The position numbers were made by a program, and so were the translations under genes. From Lama glama (taxonomy: Eukaryota), in assembly GCA_028534125.1 (NCBI GenBank), contig CM052817.1, positions 78,618,001-78,682,000 on the forward strand: a stretch of 64,000 nucleotides of DNA, given 5' to 3'. Each line of letters starts with the position of its first letter. The stretch's first letter is position 1. This document shows positions 13,495-26,280 of this stretch, in pieces. Below the pieces are notes generated by a model that saw only the letters and a list, made by a program, of their open reading frames with translations, searched no databases and was not told the origin of the DNA.

Positions 13495-13609
13495 GGGGGG
13501 AGGTCATAGCTCAGTGGTAGAGTGTGTGCTTAGTTAGCATGCCTGAGATCCTAGGTTCAATCCCCAGTACCTCCAAAAAAAAACAAAAAAAACAAAAACA
13601 AAAACCCTG
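13495..13609 (+). mobile_element. tRNA-derived short SINE (camelid Vic-1-like) with TSD
   Basis: A box TAGCTCAGTGG, B box GGTTCAATCC, A-rich tail; 14-bp TSD AAAAGTCCCAYGTA at 13479-13492 and 13610-13623. Confidence 0.9.
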
Positions 13610-14523
13610 AAAAGTCCCATGTAGGCTCTCCTTGGGATCCACGTGATTTCTTCCTTCCTCTTCTCAGCGCATCTGCCCCAGGAAAAGGAGCTGACCAAGG
13701 CCTCACAGTGAAGGCTGTAACCTGGGACACACTTTTCTGTCACAAGCTATAGACTTTCCCGCATCAGCAGGAGGGATTTCGGAGTGGAGGAGCCCTTTCC
13801 GATTCCCGGGAAATAAACCTCCGGTCAGGTCGCTACTTGAGAGGAAACATAAATAAGGAATAAAATCTTATCCAAACGCAAGTAGTCAGCATGATTCTCC
13901 CATCTCCTAACAAGCTCCATGAGATTTTATTAAGAGAAGAATAACACCATTTTTACATATTAGATCTGACACGTAGGCTGAGCCTAAAAGACCACGGTTT
14001 GCTGGGGTGTGAGTTTCTTTTCTCTGGGAAGCAGGGTCCCTCGTAGAGGAACAGCAGAAAAACGAAGTCATGCCAACATTGCTAGTTCGCCTACTATTTA
14101 TTACAGAGTTGAAAACGCCACAAAATGCACCCACTGACAAGAATACAGGAAGACAGAGTTTGGTAGCTTTATGGGTCAATAGAGGTAGACTCCTTGGTGT
14201 TTTTGTTATTATTATTGTGTTAATATGGCATTCTGTCATCAAGGTTGTTTCTCACTTGTTTAAAATTTCATTCTTTGGAAGAAGCAAAGACTATAAAAAG
14301 TCAATAATCTTAAGGATTCAGGTGATAGGAAACATAACTTCCAACCAGCATCATGAACAAGTTAAACCTCTATTTTTAGGTCAGGAAAGCATTGGCACTT
14401 ATTCTAAAATTTGCTAATGCTTTTGCACATGGTTCTCCAGGGTAAATATGCTCGTACCGAGTTATGGAAATCAAAATTAAAGTAGCTATCCATGCAGAGC
14501 CAAACTAGATATTTTATTGTGAA

Positions 14524-15004
14524 TGCTGAACGATGGCAGAGTATCCTGCCCCGAAACATGCTACTTCAGCATAAGGATTATTTTGAGCAAAAGACATTTG
14601 AAAAACAGCAGATAAAAGAAAAGCATTCTGATCACCCCTTTTTCTTCCTGAAAACAGGAGATTAAAGTCCCTTGTGAAAAATGTCCTCCTTATACCAGGA
14701 AGAAAGAAACATTCTTATCATCAAGGACGGGAAATTAAGGCCCAGACAAATCTGTATAAACAGACCTTGTTAAAATTTATCTCCCTTTAGCCTCACCATA
14801 CATTTCAGTTACTTTTCCATAATTGTCTCTCTTTGTTCAGTTTAGTATAAAAGCGTTTATACTTAATATACCAATTTTGCCAATTCTTTGAATCTTCATT
14901 TCCTTAAGAGGGTTCCCATGTCACAGAAAACTTAAGTTTGTGTGCTTTTTCTCTTAAGCTATCTTTTGTTACAGAGGCCCAGCCAAGAATTTCTCTCCCC
15001 TACA
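14524..15004 (+). mobile_element. ERV1 solo LTR (MER34/MER39-like)
   Basis: GCATAAGGATTATTTTGAGC signature, TATA-like AGTATAAAAG near 14845, terminal CTCCCCTACA; similar to the LTR at 17397. Confidence 0.75.
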
Positions 15005-15310
15005 CTGTTCTTGGAAATAAGCATTTCAACAGGAACATTAAATTATATCTTTTACAGTTGTGTCTATTTTGAAAAAGCAAAGTAGGTAAGTTAGATCTGG
15101 TATATTCATCTGATACAACCACATTTTGGTCATTTTGGTGTCATCTGCAGTTTTCCTTTAATTTATCAAAATGTATAATCTCTCAAATCTCTACTTTACT
15201 CAATATCAAGTTGTGACATTCTCTGGGAAGGCTGGAAGACTGCATTTTGAGTCATATCTAATAATTATAGTATTTTCCCTAGTATCTCATTGCTATTTAT
15301 GCAATATGTA

Positions 15311-15349
15311 TTTTACCCAAATACATATTGATTATGTATTTGGGTAAAA
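15311..15349. repeat. perfect inverted repeat, 17-bp arms with 5-nt spacer
   Basis: TTTTACCCAAATACATA-TTGAT-TATGTATTTGGGTAAAA read directly. Confidence 0.95.
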
Positions 15350-15758
15350 ATTATCATCAGATAACAAAACAATATTATCTTAAAACTATTCTCTCAAATC
15401 AATATTGTTAAAGCTGAATTTCATTGGGACAAATATTTGAAAGGACTTGTTTTTTAAGGCCAGCCATGGGTAAAATAATGTTATGCAAATTATTTTAAAT
15501 TATTGCAAAATGGTGAGAAAGAGATATTTTAATAACTATATCTGAAGCATTAAATAATTTAGATATCATATACTTGAGAGCTGTATAAAAAACTTTTAAG
15601 TAGAAATAGTTTACCTTTCTATTTATTTGATCATTAAATAATATTTATTTGAACTATATCAGTTTAAGCGTGACTTTTTCACATCTGTCTTGAAATTTCA
15701 TTTTAACATGTGATTGATCACAGTTCTTTTTTTAATTCATCTGCAGTTTTGGAGTTTG

Positions 15759-15777
15759 CAGCCACCAGGTGGAGGAT
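15759..15777 (+). promoter_or_regulatory. CTCF-like motif (weaker)
   Basis: CAGCCACCAGGTGGAGGAT versus core CCACCAGRKGGCRC; mismatches at the 3' end. Confidence 0.35.
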
Positions 15778-16167
15778 GACAATGAGGCAGTTTCCAAGCA
15801 GAATCTACACCTGACTCGCCTATGGATGGTGAGGAAATAATGGGATAAATTATGGAGACATTTCTTCTGTGTGAAATATTTGGAATATCTCATAACAGCT
15901 TTACCAAAGGTCACAAACTGACATGACAATTTAATTTCATTTCTTATCTTGCAATCACACGTCCCAGTTCTTCCTTCTAGCTGATAAAGTGGGAGCCACT
16001 TTTTGTTGGATCTCTTGCATTCGTTTTGTTAGAGGTGGTTCATAACATGCTAAGTCAAATCATGATCAGTTATTAGTATGTGTAGAGTAAACCTATGTAT
16101 TTAATGAGAACTGCTTCTAAAAACGTTTTACAAAGGTATGAACCGGTTCATTTGCAGTTGAAAATAT

Positions 16168-16201
16168 TGCATTGATTGAATGATGCCTCTAGAGGGCGCT
16201 C
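16168..16201 (+). promoter_or_regulatory. CTCF binding motif
   Basis: Core CCTCTAGAGGGCGC (16186-16199) with retained CpG in very AT-rich flanks; TGCA 18 bp upstream of the core CC, roughly where the upstream zinc-finger 9-11 motif lies. Confidence 0.6.
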
Positions 16202-16589
16202 TGCATTCAGTTCAGGTAGAAACTTGTTTCTTAGGTTCACATTTTCTGTTAAGGTTTTCATAGTTTTCAGCTCAGGAGAAAAAGAGGGAAATGTGTGTTG
16301 CGAACATTTGTAATAATTTTAGCTCATTTCTTTTGTTTTTCACTGAATTTTAAACTTTTAATAAAACATACTTCCTTTTCAATAAAGTTTATTTTTGGAT
16401 TTTTGTAGTCATCACTTTACATTTATGCAATAGGCTTAATTGAAATAGCTTTCCTCCCACAGTGGTAAGTTAATTTCATTAAAGGTTGTAGCAGTTTATA
16501 TTCATTTCTTTCTTTTTTTTTTATTTCCCAGTGTTCACGTGGATGTGAAATTGCTGAGCCTAGAATTTCTTTTTTGTGCCAGAAATTAG

Positions 16590-18060
16590 GAAGTACTTTA
16601 AGAACTAGTTAAATATGGGACAATTTCAGCATCAAAATAATTAATAATAAGAATACATTATAACTCATTAACTAAATAAAATAGGATTCATTCATTTATA
16701 TAGATAAAACATTTAAAAAGAAACAGATGGGGACAGAAGAAATCTTTTCATTACATTGGAATACCTACTAATAAATGTGGAAGAAATTATGGTATCAGAA
16801 AACCACTATTTGGTAGTCATCATAGTAAGCATTTAAATAGCAAATTTCAATGGATGCTAAAGCTCATGGCTGAATTTTTGATGAGGAATGGGATATTTAC
16901 ATAATCTCACAGGCTCCCCCTCCTCCAATACTTAGTGATACTAAAGGAAACACTAAAGAGTTACTTTACACTGGAGAATCTTGGCACACACCACTTTACT
17001 CAAATGATCAAGATTAAAATCACCTATAATGAGAAAAATCCAAAGTGATCATCTGATAAGATGCATTAAAAATATAGCTTCACATCTGTAGTATTCTTGC
17101 TAAAAATGTATGATCTGAATCTAATTATGGGGAAAACAATAGACAAAAGCAAATTGAGACACATTCTGTTAAATATAAAGTCTATAGTCTTCTTAAGTGT
17201 CAGGTCATGAAAGTCAAGCGAAGACTGGGGAACTGTCCAAGACTGAAAGAGGCTAAAAATCGTGAAAACTATAGGCAAACTATGATCCTGCATTGGATCT
17301 TTCTATTTCTATGAAGGACATGAACAGGAAAATACACAAAAAAAGTGAATGGGTTGGAGGATTCTATGGAAGTGTTGTAACAATGTTCATTTTTGATGTT
17401 GATCAGAATATGTCACTCTCAAATATGCCACTTTGACAGAAGGATTATTTTGAGCTGAAGGCAGTTAAGAATTAACAAGTCCAGGAAAAGGTATCTGCTC
17501 TCCCCTGATCTCCCTATAAGCAGGCATATATTTCCTTTTGTGAAGGTGGCATAAATTTTGCTCCTTTCCTGTACCAGGATGAGAAGCAAGACCCAGACTG
17601 GAGATGACGAGCTGGCACCAACAAGAGTCTGTGTAAACAAACCTCACTAAAATGGCCCATATATCTCTCAGTAACTTCACTACAGTTTATCGTCCCAAGC
17701 CCAAACTCTCTTTCCTTTATTAAGAAGGGTATCACAGCTCTTAAGTCTAACTCCCTCTCTGAATTTCATTTATTTTCTGTGAACTATGCAAATTAAAAAT
17801 ATTAATAAATGTATATTCCTTTTCTCTTGTCAATCTGTTAAATTCTTAGCCCCTCTGACACCGAACCTAAGAGGGTAGAGGAAAAATTTTTTTCTTCCTG
17901 ATAGATGCTTATCTTGTGGTTACACAGGAGAATGTCCTTGGTTGTAGGAAAGGTACACTAAGTAATCCAGTGGTAATTTATTTCTGAATGGCTCAGGGAA
18001 AAAAAAAAGAACCTGGAAATTTGAAATTATTTTAAAATAAAAATGTACATAAATATTAAA
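16590..18060 (+). mobile_element. old L1 (L1MC/L1ME-type) 3' region, interrupted by the LTR at 17397-17903
   Basis: CTGAATCTAATTATGGGGAAAACAATAGACAAA..AAATTGAGACACATTCT and GTCAGGTCATGAAAG..AAGACTGGGGAACTGTCC; resumes after the LTR with GGAGAATGTCCTTG and an A-rich end. Confidence 0.75.
17397..17903 (+). mobile_element. ERV1 solo LTR (MER34-like)
   Basis: TGTTGATCAGAATATGTCACTCTCAAATATGCCACTTTG..AAGGATTATTTTGAGCTGAAGGCA; AATAAA near 17804; end CTAAGAGGGTAGAGGAAAAATTTTTTTCTTCC. Confidence 0.8.
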
Positions 18061-19394
18061 CCTAAAACAATAAAATCTGATTTGACACTTAAATTACTAT
18101 GCTCAATGTAGAAGCCATCTTATAAAAATGAAATCAGCATTTCATTATGTAGCAGAAACTAAGATGCAGGTCAGTAAATCTTCTTTGAGATTTGTGAAAT
18201 TAGTGCAAACCAAAACAAAGCAAAGATAATTTAGTGTTTTGTTCCACTTTTCTAAAGGAATATGGCAGAAGAGCATTTCTGTGAATCAAATACTTTGATA
18301 GTCTATTCTAGCCCAAGGATTCCAAAATTGAAATGAGCTATTTCTGCCATAATTTTAAAGCCCAGATAGAAAAAAAAAAAGCAAAATAAACAAACAAAAC
18401 CTCAAACCTTGAATATCTTCATCTTTGCTTTGAAATGTCTGGCATCTCACCTCCCTGTAGACTTCTCATAATAAATATGTAGGATCTGCTGAAATTCTCT
18501 GCTATAATTCCAGATTATAGATGTCCACCTTTGGAAATTTGAGTTAGTGCTAAAACCCATTCACAACAGAAAAAAACTCCCAAAACTCAGAAATTTTTTT
18601 TCTCATTTAATTCAACAAATATTTCTTTAAAATTTCTCTGTATAAAGCTCATCAACCTTCAAAAGCCTGTGTCTTCATGATTTTTCATGTGATTCCAAAT
18701 GAAAGAAATGTACATAAAAGGGTTTTTTTCCCTTCATTAATTACTTTTTTTATACACAATGATACAAACTTTGGCATCAGAGAACATCACAGGGATTTAA
18801 AATGGATATTTATTAATTTTAGAAACAAAAGCTATAATACAAAATATTGGCTGACCTTGTCTGAGTATAGAGAATGGGGTCATTTATTTTTGAGTGAAAT
18901 GGAAAAAAGTACACTGGCTTCTCTTTGTTATAAAATATCAACTCATTGAATTCAGATGGAAATTATCAAAGGTCATGATTATATGAGAAACCACTAAAGT
19001 GAAACAGTTATTTGGTATAAAATTGTTTTTTGTTCTTCATACATCTTTACAAGATTGACATAAAAGCTCATGTACTTGTATAAATGCAACTATACAAAGA
19101 CTAGAGGAGGAATTCTTAAAACTGGGTAAGTTAGAATACTTGGCAGCAAAACTGAATCTCATATAAAACTGGCATTACTGAGATCAAGTGAAAAAACAGG
19201 CCAGGTAGCGTTCTGTAGTAAAACACAAGGACCAGCAGGTGGGTGAGGTGACATTGTTTTTTATAAGTGATGACAGAGTGGATGGGAAACTAGCATTCTG
19301 CTGAAAAGGTGAGATTCACCCTTACTCAGCTGACGCTTGCTGAAATATGTACCAACACACAGTCCCGCTGGCCGGGCGGGTCACAGTGATGGCA

Positions 19395-19565
19395 GCGGCT
19401 ACTGAGCCAGGCACCGCGCCAAGCACGGTCTGTGCTTTCTCCCATGCGAACCACAGAGCGCCCCCATGTGGTAGGAACTGCTCTCCCTCTATTGCAGCTG
19501 AGGAAGCTGAGGTTCAAAGGCATGTAGTAACTTGCCCAAGATGAGCTCTTCTTAACCACTGCGTT
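19395..19565 (-). mobile_element. MIR SINE (GC/CpG-enriched copy)
   Basis: TTGCAGCTGAGGAAGCTGAGGTTCAAAGG..GTAACTTGCCCAAGAT..TCTTAACCACTGCG. Confidence 0.7.
19456..19474 (-). promoter_or_regulatory. CTCF-like motif within MIR
   Basis: Minus strand CTACCACATGGGGGCGCTC versus consensus TGGCCACCAGGGGGCGCTA. Confidence 0.4.
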
Positions 19566-21324
19566 TCATTGAGCAGGGATTTTGTATAGCTTGCCAAAGG
19601 TAAAGAATTAGAACAGATCAGCTAGAGATACGGGTAGAGACAGATCTTTTCATGAACAGTTCTTTTTTCTATAACAGTTTTTTTTTAAACACTGTAAGAA
19701 AAGAAAAGGCATGTACAATGTTTGTATTTTTAGAGCTATAAATTAGGAACTGAAACAGGAAGAGATTGTATGTAGTTGACTGTGAAGTGAAGATCATAAC
19801 ACAATTAGAGTCAGAATTCCAGTCAGATCTGGAAAACCAAAGGATTGGTCAGGCTTATTTTAGAAAAATGAATTTACAGAATACCCAGGGAAGAGTATTT
19901 AGTTTTGCAGATGAAAAAAATTAGTAGTTGCTTAAAAACATAGGTTCACACCAAATTAAAGTGTGCATATCTAGCAACATCAAGTCTCAACAAATGCTGA
20001 ATAAATAAATACGGAAAACAAATATTCTAATCTTCTGTAATAAAGATTTTCATAATAATTATTATCATAGTAATCCAACTTTGATATAGAAAATTTAGAG
20101 TAAAACCATGCATGGTACATGTACCCTTTTTCTTCATATGCATATATATGTTTTTGTCAATTAGGATTGGGGTATATAAAAGTATTATATTGTACTTTTT
20201 CTGATTAATATATCATCAGACTATTAAAGGACTTTCCTTTAGTAAAGAGATCCAAGAGAATTCAAATTAAAACATTCAAGAACAAACATGAACAGATTTG
20301 GCTCAAAGCATTAGGCTTAATGGATTTCAATAAAGTACAATGTAGTCAAGTACATCAAAGATAGGCAAACACCAGTTAGAAAGCAATGGGGCTACCAGGA
20401 CAATGTCAGAGTTGCACTCACCAAGTAGATGTCTGTTCAGGGTTAAGAAACTTGATTTTTGACTTAACTGTTAAAGATTCTGAGTGTCCCTTCCATCTAG
20501 GTCCAAGCTTAAGTACACATACAATCTATTCTAGCCTAGCTATAAAGCTAAACATAAACAAAATATTGGGATTCACCCAAGAACTTGAAAGGAATTTGAG
20601 GGCAAATTTAGGAATTTTCCTCAAAATATGTTAGCCACCAGAGAAGCAAGGATTGCTAATACTATTTTAATTAACAAGAATAGTGTTATAAGAAAGTTAA
20701 AGACTTTATCAGTGAGCAGTGTGATTTCTGATATAGCTTTACTAATATGAGAGTAGTTTAAGCTGTGGAAAGAAAGGTTTCTGTGAGGACAAATGTTGCT
20801 TGATTGATTAAATACATTAAAAACTCTTCACTAAGATTATAGGCAAAGGCAGTTTTAAAGTTGAGTAAATACAGAAATGTCTTATCATGTCTTAAAAACT
20901 GGATTCCAGAAAAGAACAGAAGGGTGTAGGTAAAAGACATATTTCTGGGTGAGCATAAATATTTGGTCCCTGTTAGGGATCTAGGCTAGGAAAGATTTCT
21001 TTCTTTTTTTTTTTGTAAACTACAGGAAAGAAAAGGTAAACCATAACAATGACATTTTAAAAGCCTTTTCAAACCAAAATACTAAATAAACTACAGGAAT
21101 GGTGCACACACTTATGGGAATAGGCTGAAAAATAGTATATGACCTCCGTTGTAGAGAACCGCATTTGGAGAAAGAAATAACCCCAAACATGTGAGTCTGA
21201 TATCCGTGGCCTAAATGTTCAGTTACAAAGAGGTTGACACGGCATGGCAGACTGTTTGCTTATGAAATCATCCTCACAGTGCTACAGAGGTAAAAAGCAA
21301 AACAAAAAGTGACTGGAGTTTATC

Positions 21325-21460
21325 ATTTATCCATTCAGTAAATAACTAGTGAACCCCTATTATGTGCCAGACAGTCTTTCTGATGGTCGGCACATTATAT
21401 CAATCAACACAAAGGAAGAAGAAGGAAAAAACCTCCCTTTGCTGGTGGCGCTTACATTCC
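21325..21460 (-). mobile_element. L2 3' end fragment
   Basis: ATTTATCCATTCAGTAAATAACTAGTGAACCCCTATTATGTGCCAGACA. Confidence 0.6.
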
Positions 21461-24400
21461 AGGATTTCTTAAAAACAACTGTAACATTTTCCTGCCTCTG
21501 AAGAAACTTACGATGAATTTGCTGTCAAGTTCGTTAATAAACATGATTCAGAAGATCTAGTGAGGGCCGCTCTACTGATCAAGAAGATTAATTGCCTTAA
21601 GGCGATTAGGAGTTTAATATAATCTATTTGGAAAATGTGAGTACGTTCAAAGAGCATGTTAACAAAATCATGCACTATGTTAGGAGAACAACTCCCCCAC
21701 CACAAAGTGACTATGGTCGGCCCTGTAACCCTACAGTTTTATCTCATAAAATACTCGCACAGTTCTGAGGTAGTTATGCTAAAAAGATATAAGAAAGAAG
21801 AATGATGGAGTGTACTAAGCAAGAGATCACCTTTAACATGTAATATTTTTAAAGAGCTAATTTGAAAAGGGTATAGACAGACCTTCTATGATGGCTAGAG
21901 ATACAAAGTTGTTAAAAAAAAATTAGGAGGAAGTTTAGCGAACCTGGAAGACAAAACAAATCAAGCTCTTGAGAGAACCCAGTTGCAATGCGGCAGGCCC
22001 AGTTGAGAGCACCGTGCAAAGGACAAGAGAGAAGAGATAGTTTAAAGCCCCAAAAGCAAAAAATAAGAAAATCTGGAGACAATCCAGAGAAAAGGAAACC
22101 TGGGAAGTGTTCAAGGAGATGGGGGGGTTGGGGTGAGGGCACAACCTCAGGGACCCAGGAAGGGATGAATCTGAGAGCCAGGAAGAGTTCAGTAAAATAT
22201 TTGTAAGATTGACCGGGTACTGAGCTGAAAGACACATCAGTGAAGTTCATTGTTACTTTGACAGCAGTTTTCATTTAAAAGTAAAGGCAGTCCGGCATGG
22301 GGCCCACAGGAGAAGAGTCTAGTGTGGAAATACCCCTGCCTGGCAGAGGGAAGAGGGCAGGGAAAACAAGGCCTCCGTGAGTCCTGGCCATGAGTTGGGG
22401 TCAATGGATCCGAAAAGGAAGTGGCAACTGGGAACCATTGATTGAAGATTTCAACCCATGACAGACAGACTGAGAGATGTGAGACTAAACTAATAACTGA
22501 ACTGATTTTAATCTTCCAAATTCCCCTGCACTGAGCTGGAACTGATTGTGTGTATCATGCTGCCATGGCTAGGGACCAATGTCCTGGCGAAGAGAAAATG
22601 GATCGTGTAAACCCCAATTCACAGTGCCTGGCGTTGAAGCATCCCTTGGGTACCCTCAGATAAGAAAGGACGCTAAGGAGGGTTACTTATTAGAGCAGGT
22701 GACTTGTCAGAGTAGCTGACAAGGCTGCTGTGTGAGAGCCGCTGGCTGGTGCTGGGGAAGGCTGGGGTCTCTCCAGTTCTCCTCTTGCCAAGCCAGGAGC
22801 TCTTGTGCGGGGCCGTGTCCACCAGCAGAAGGAGCACCTGGTTCTCAGTGACACGAAGGCACTCCATGGGCTGGCAGTACCCCAGGAAATGTGTCCCCTC
22901 AAAACCCACCGTCAGAGGCAAGGCCCGTACCTGTCAATGCTGGGGTGGCGTTTGGCTTTCCTTCTGTTGGGATGTGGAGACATTGCAACCGCTCTGACTC
23001 ATTGTCTTCTCAGACCCCAAATGGATGTAGACACACTACAGGGACTTCCTCCGGCCTTTGTTCTCACCCCAACAGGTGACACCCCCACACCTGAGAGTAC
23101 CGGGACAACTGCAGAAAGGGTTTTATGAAGAGGATACTATAAAAATGACAAAACTCCCTTTACTTAGTCTTAAATTAAGAAGAGGACATTTTAGGGTTCA
23201 AGATTTCTCAAAACTCTTATAGGAGGGGCCTCCATCATCTTTATTTAGACTCAATTTCTCAAAACTATACCTAGTTAGAACTTGCCAGTCTCAGGGGGGT
23301 TTCCACACTTCTGAGCAACGTTTTTCAACTTTACACAAAGTTGTGGCAGTTGGCAGCTGTTGGGTCCCCAGCAGTCTCTGGATGCACAAAGGGACCCCTG
23401 AGCACACACGTCCTGACCCACAGGGTCCCAGCTCCCCTGGTACTGGAGGTAACCACCAACCAACTGCCGATGAGAAAACATCCTTTTCCTCTGACCAAAC
23501 AATCCAGTTCAGACAGAACTGGGGCTGCCTCTTACTTTGTGGCTGATTTAATGATCAAGGAACTGCTGCCAGCAAGTAGGCATGTTGGTTATCTTTTCCA
23601 CAACAGATTTTGTTTGCTTTTGTTTTTGTTCCCTCAGCTTTTTGTTTCTTTGCATCCAGCAGATTTCTGGAACCAACCCCTAGACTGGCTGGCCATTTCA
23701 AGTCTCCTGCTCAGGCTCTATTAAGACAAAAAACCAGAACTGTACTGGAAAATAATGTACCTTATGTGGAACTAAACCCTGAGGGAAGTATTACAAAGTG
23801 AAACTGGTTCTTTGGATCTGCTAGGTGAGAGTGAAAGTAAAGGTCACTTTTTGGTAAGAGGCTCTGAATATTAGTAAAAGCAGAACTGTGTGTTGGGGAA
23901 GAGAGTAGGAGTTGAAGGTCAAGGGGGAAATTTGGTGGCTGCAATAATTATGGTTAATTTATGAATGGACTCCAAGCTACGTCAGTGGATGCTTCTGACG
24001 AGCCTGGGTGAGTAGGGGGCAAGAAAGGAAGTTTTGGTGTGTGAGGAAAGTCCAGAAAACGTGCTAATCAAATGTTCCACATAAGGGAACAATTGGGTAG
24101 CCATGCTGGTGCTTTATTTGGTGCTTGGAAGGACCGCAGGAGGACACACCACAGAAACCATGAAGCCGTTCCAGGCAAGACGGTGTGCGGTCACCGGGCT
24201 GCTTCTGACAGCAGCAGGCTCCAGAGCAGAACATCGGGCTATCGGGCACTGTTTTGGGTCTTGTGTGTTTAAAATTAATTTTTAAGCATTGCTTTGTATG
24301 CTTCAGAAAGCAAAACACAAACACAAAAACAAAAAACCCCAAAACACAAAGTAATAAGCTTTCTAAGAAGAAAGATAATTATGGTTCTTCACCATGTGTG

Positions 24401-24989
24401 TCATGATTTTTGCCTCAGCAAAGTTAGAGCCAGAATGTTTACAGGGGTTTTCCAGGTACACCTGTCATTGCTTTAGGCAATACACCCATCTTTCTCCAGG
24501 CTGCTTTCCCAAGCCCATGTCCTAATGGAAAGAGGCCTGGACTTGGAATGGGAAGATCTGGATTCCAGCTGTGATTTGGGCAAGTACTTAGCTCGTTCTT
24601 TGTCTGGTAATTAATGCATCCATCCATTCATTCAGTGGCCGTCTACTGAGAAGCTGCCTTGTGCGTGAAGATCTCATTTCCCTCATATGCAAATAAACGG
24701 AACTACCCTAGATCAACTCAGTGTTGGACTCATGTAATTGATTTTACATGTCGCTTTTTTTCCTGAGGACAGAGATTAAAAAAGCCAAGTCCTCTGATAT
24801 GATACATAAACTTATTAGGTATTTATCAAAATATTAGGCTATGTATTTTCAAATAATAACCTGTTTTGGTTTTTTTCTTTATTGGATATTTTCACACTTA
24901 AAAGTACTCCCATTTTAACAAGCAAACATTAGAGAAGATAAAAACGTTAATCCCCTTGCTCTTCCCTCGGTTCCACATCACTGCGATAG

Positions 24990-25650
24990 TATTAGCACCC
25001 GTGTTCCGTATTTTTCTCTATGCTCATAAAAATATGTGTCTATTTATATGATACATGATATTTTCTTTCTTCCTTTTTTAAAAAATAATACAGTCATATT
25101 ATACACTACTCTGCTAATTATTTGGTTATTCTGCACTTCTCTGAACATTCCTCCAGGTTCATATATATAGATCTAACCAATTATTTTTAATGGCTAAATA
25201 ATATTGAACATTATGTATGGACCAAACTTATTTAACTGTTTCCCTAGGATGGACTACCAAGTTGTTTCTAAGTATTTTTTCTTTTTAATGCCCAACCAAT
25301 GGGCATTAAATCAATGCTGTAAAAGAAATATTCATCTAGATGTACTCTTACATACTAGTACTTTTTTTACATAGAATAGATTTACCAAAGTTAGGGTATA
25401 AATGTTCAAACTTTAATAGTGTTCTAGATGACTTTCCAAATTGGTTACAGCAATTTTCATTCCTATCAGCTATGCGTAAGAATGCTTATTTTCCTGCAAT
25501 TGATGGCAGCTCTAGATGTGTGAATATCTTTGCCAACCATGAGTTTTTCATTGTTGTTTTGATTTGCATTTTCCTGCTTACCAAGGGGGTTGATCATATT
25601 TCAGTATATTTGTTTTTATTTTCTCATTCTCTTCTGTAATTCGTTAGACT
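24990..25650 (-). mobile_element. old L1 (L1ME-type) fragment
   Basis: T-rich antisense L1 3' motifs such as CATTGTTGTTTTGATTTGCATTTTCCTGCTTACC and TTCCAAATTGGTTACAGCAATTT. Confidence 0.65.
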
Positions 25651-25739
25651 TGGTTCTTGACTGACTTCTCTTTCTCTTCTCTTTTCTCTTTCCCATTTGT
25701 AATACTTGTCTACTTAGCATAGTAACAGGTAGAGGTGTT

Positions 25740-26280
25740 ACAGAAAACATACAAAACAAGGTAAGTGGGATCAGAACTATGGTGTGTTGACCTGAGGAGG
25801 CAGGAATTGCAATTTTATGTAGGGTGATCACAGGCAGGGCTCACTGAGAAGGAGACGTTTAAGCAAGCACTGCCAGAGGTGCAGGAGTGAGCCACATAGC
25901 ACGGGGAAGCAATATTCCCTAGCGCCAAGACCCTAAGGCTGGAGCTTGCCTGGTGTTGTCCAACAGATGCCAGAGAGGAAGATATAACTGGAGAAGAGGA
26001 GCTTGAGGGGGAGGTTAGTCGGTAATACTAGAGGTAAGAGGGAGCCGCTCAAGGAGAGCTTGTGGGTATTAAAAAAAAAACAACTCAACTTTTCCTTTGA
26101 GGAGATGAGGGTTTGGGCAAAGGCGTAATATGATGACTTCTGTTTTGGAAAGACTGCTCTGCTTGTTGGGTTTAGAGTAACCTGCAGGGAGTCAAGGGTA
26201 CAGGTGTGCAGACCATTTAGAAAGCTACTCACGAATCTGGGCAGAGACGCTGGCTGCCCTTTATTGAGACAGAAAACTGA
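25740..26280 (-). mobile_element. L2 LINE fragment
   Basis: GCAATTTTATGTAGGGTGATCA..CTCACTGAGAAGGAGACGTTTAAGCA and TGACTTCTGTTTTGGAAAGACTGCTCTG. Confidence 0.7.

Noticed and set aside
15747..15828. Plus-strand exon CAG|TTTTGG...ATG|GTGAGG (FGVCSHQVEDDNEAVSKQNLHLTRLWM)
   Set aside because: Splice signals are plausible, but the peptide is unrecognised, there are no partner exons, and the GC content is partly explained by a CTCF-like motif. Cannot be fully excluded without RNA data.
21900..23450. GC-richer block with several overlapping ORFs
   Set aside because: No recognisable domain or splice structure; possibly an ancient unclassified repeat that I could not assign.
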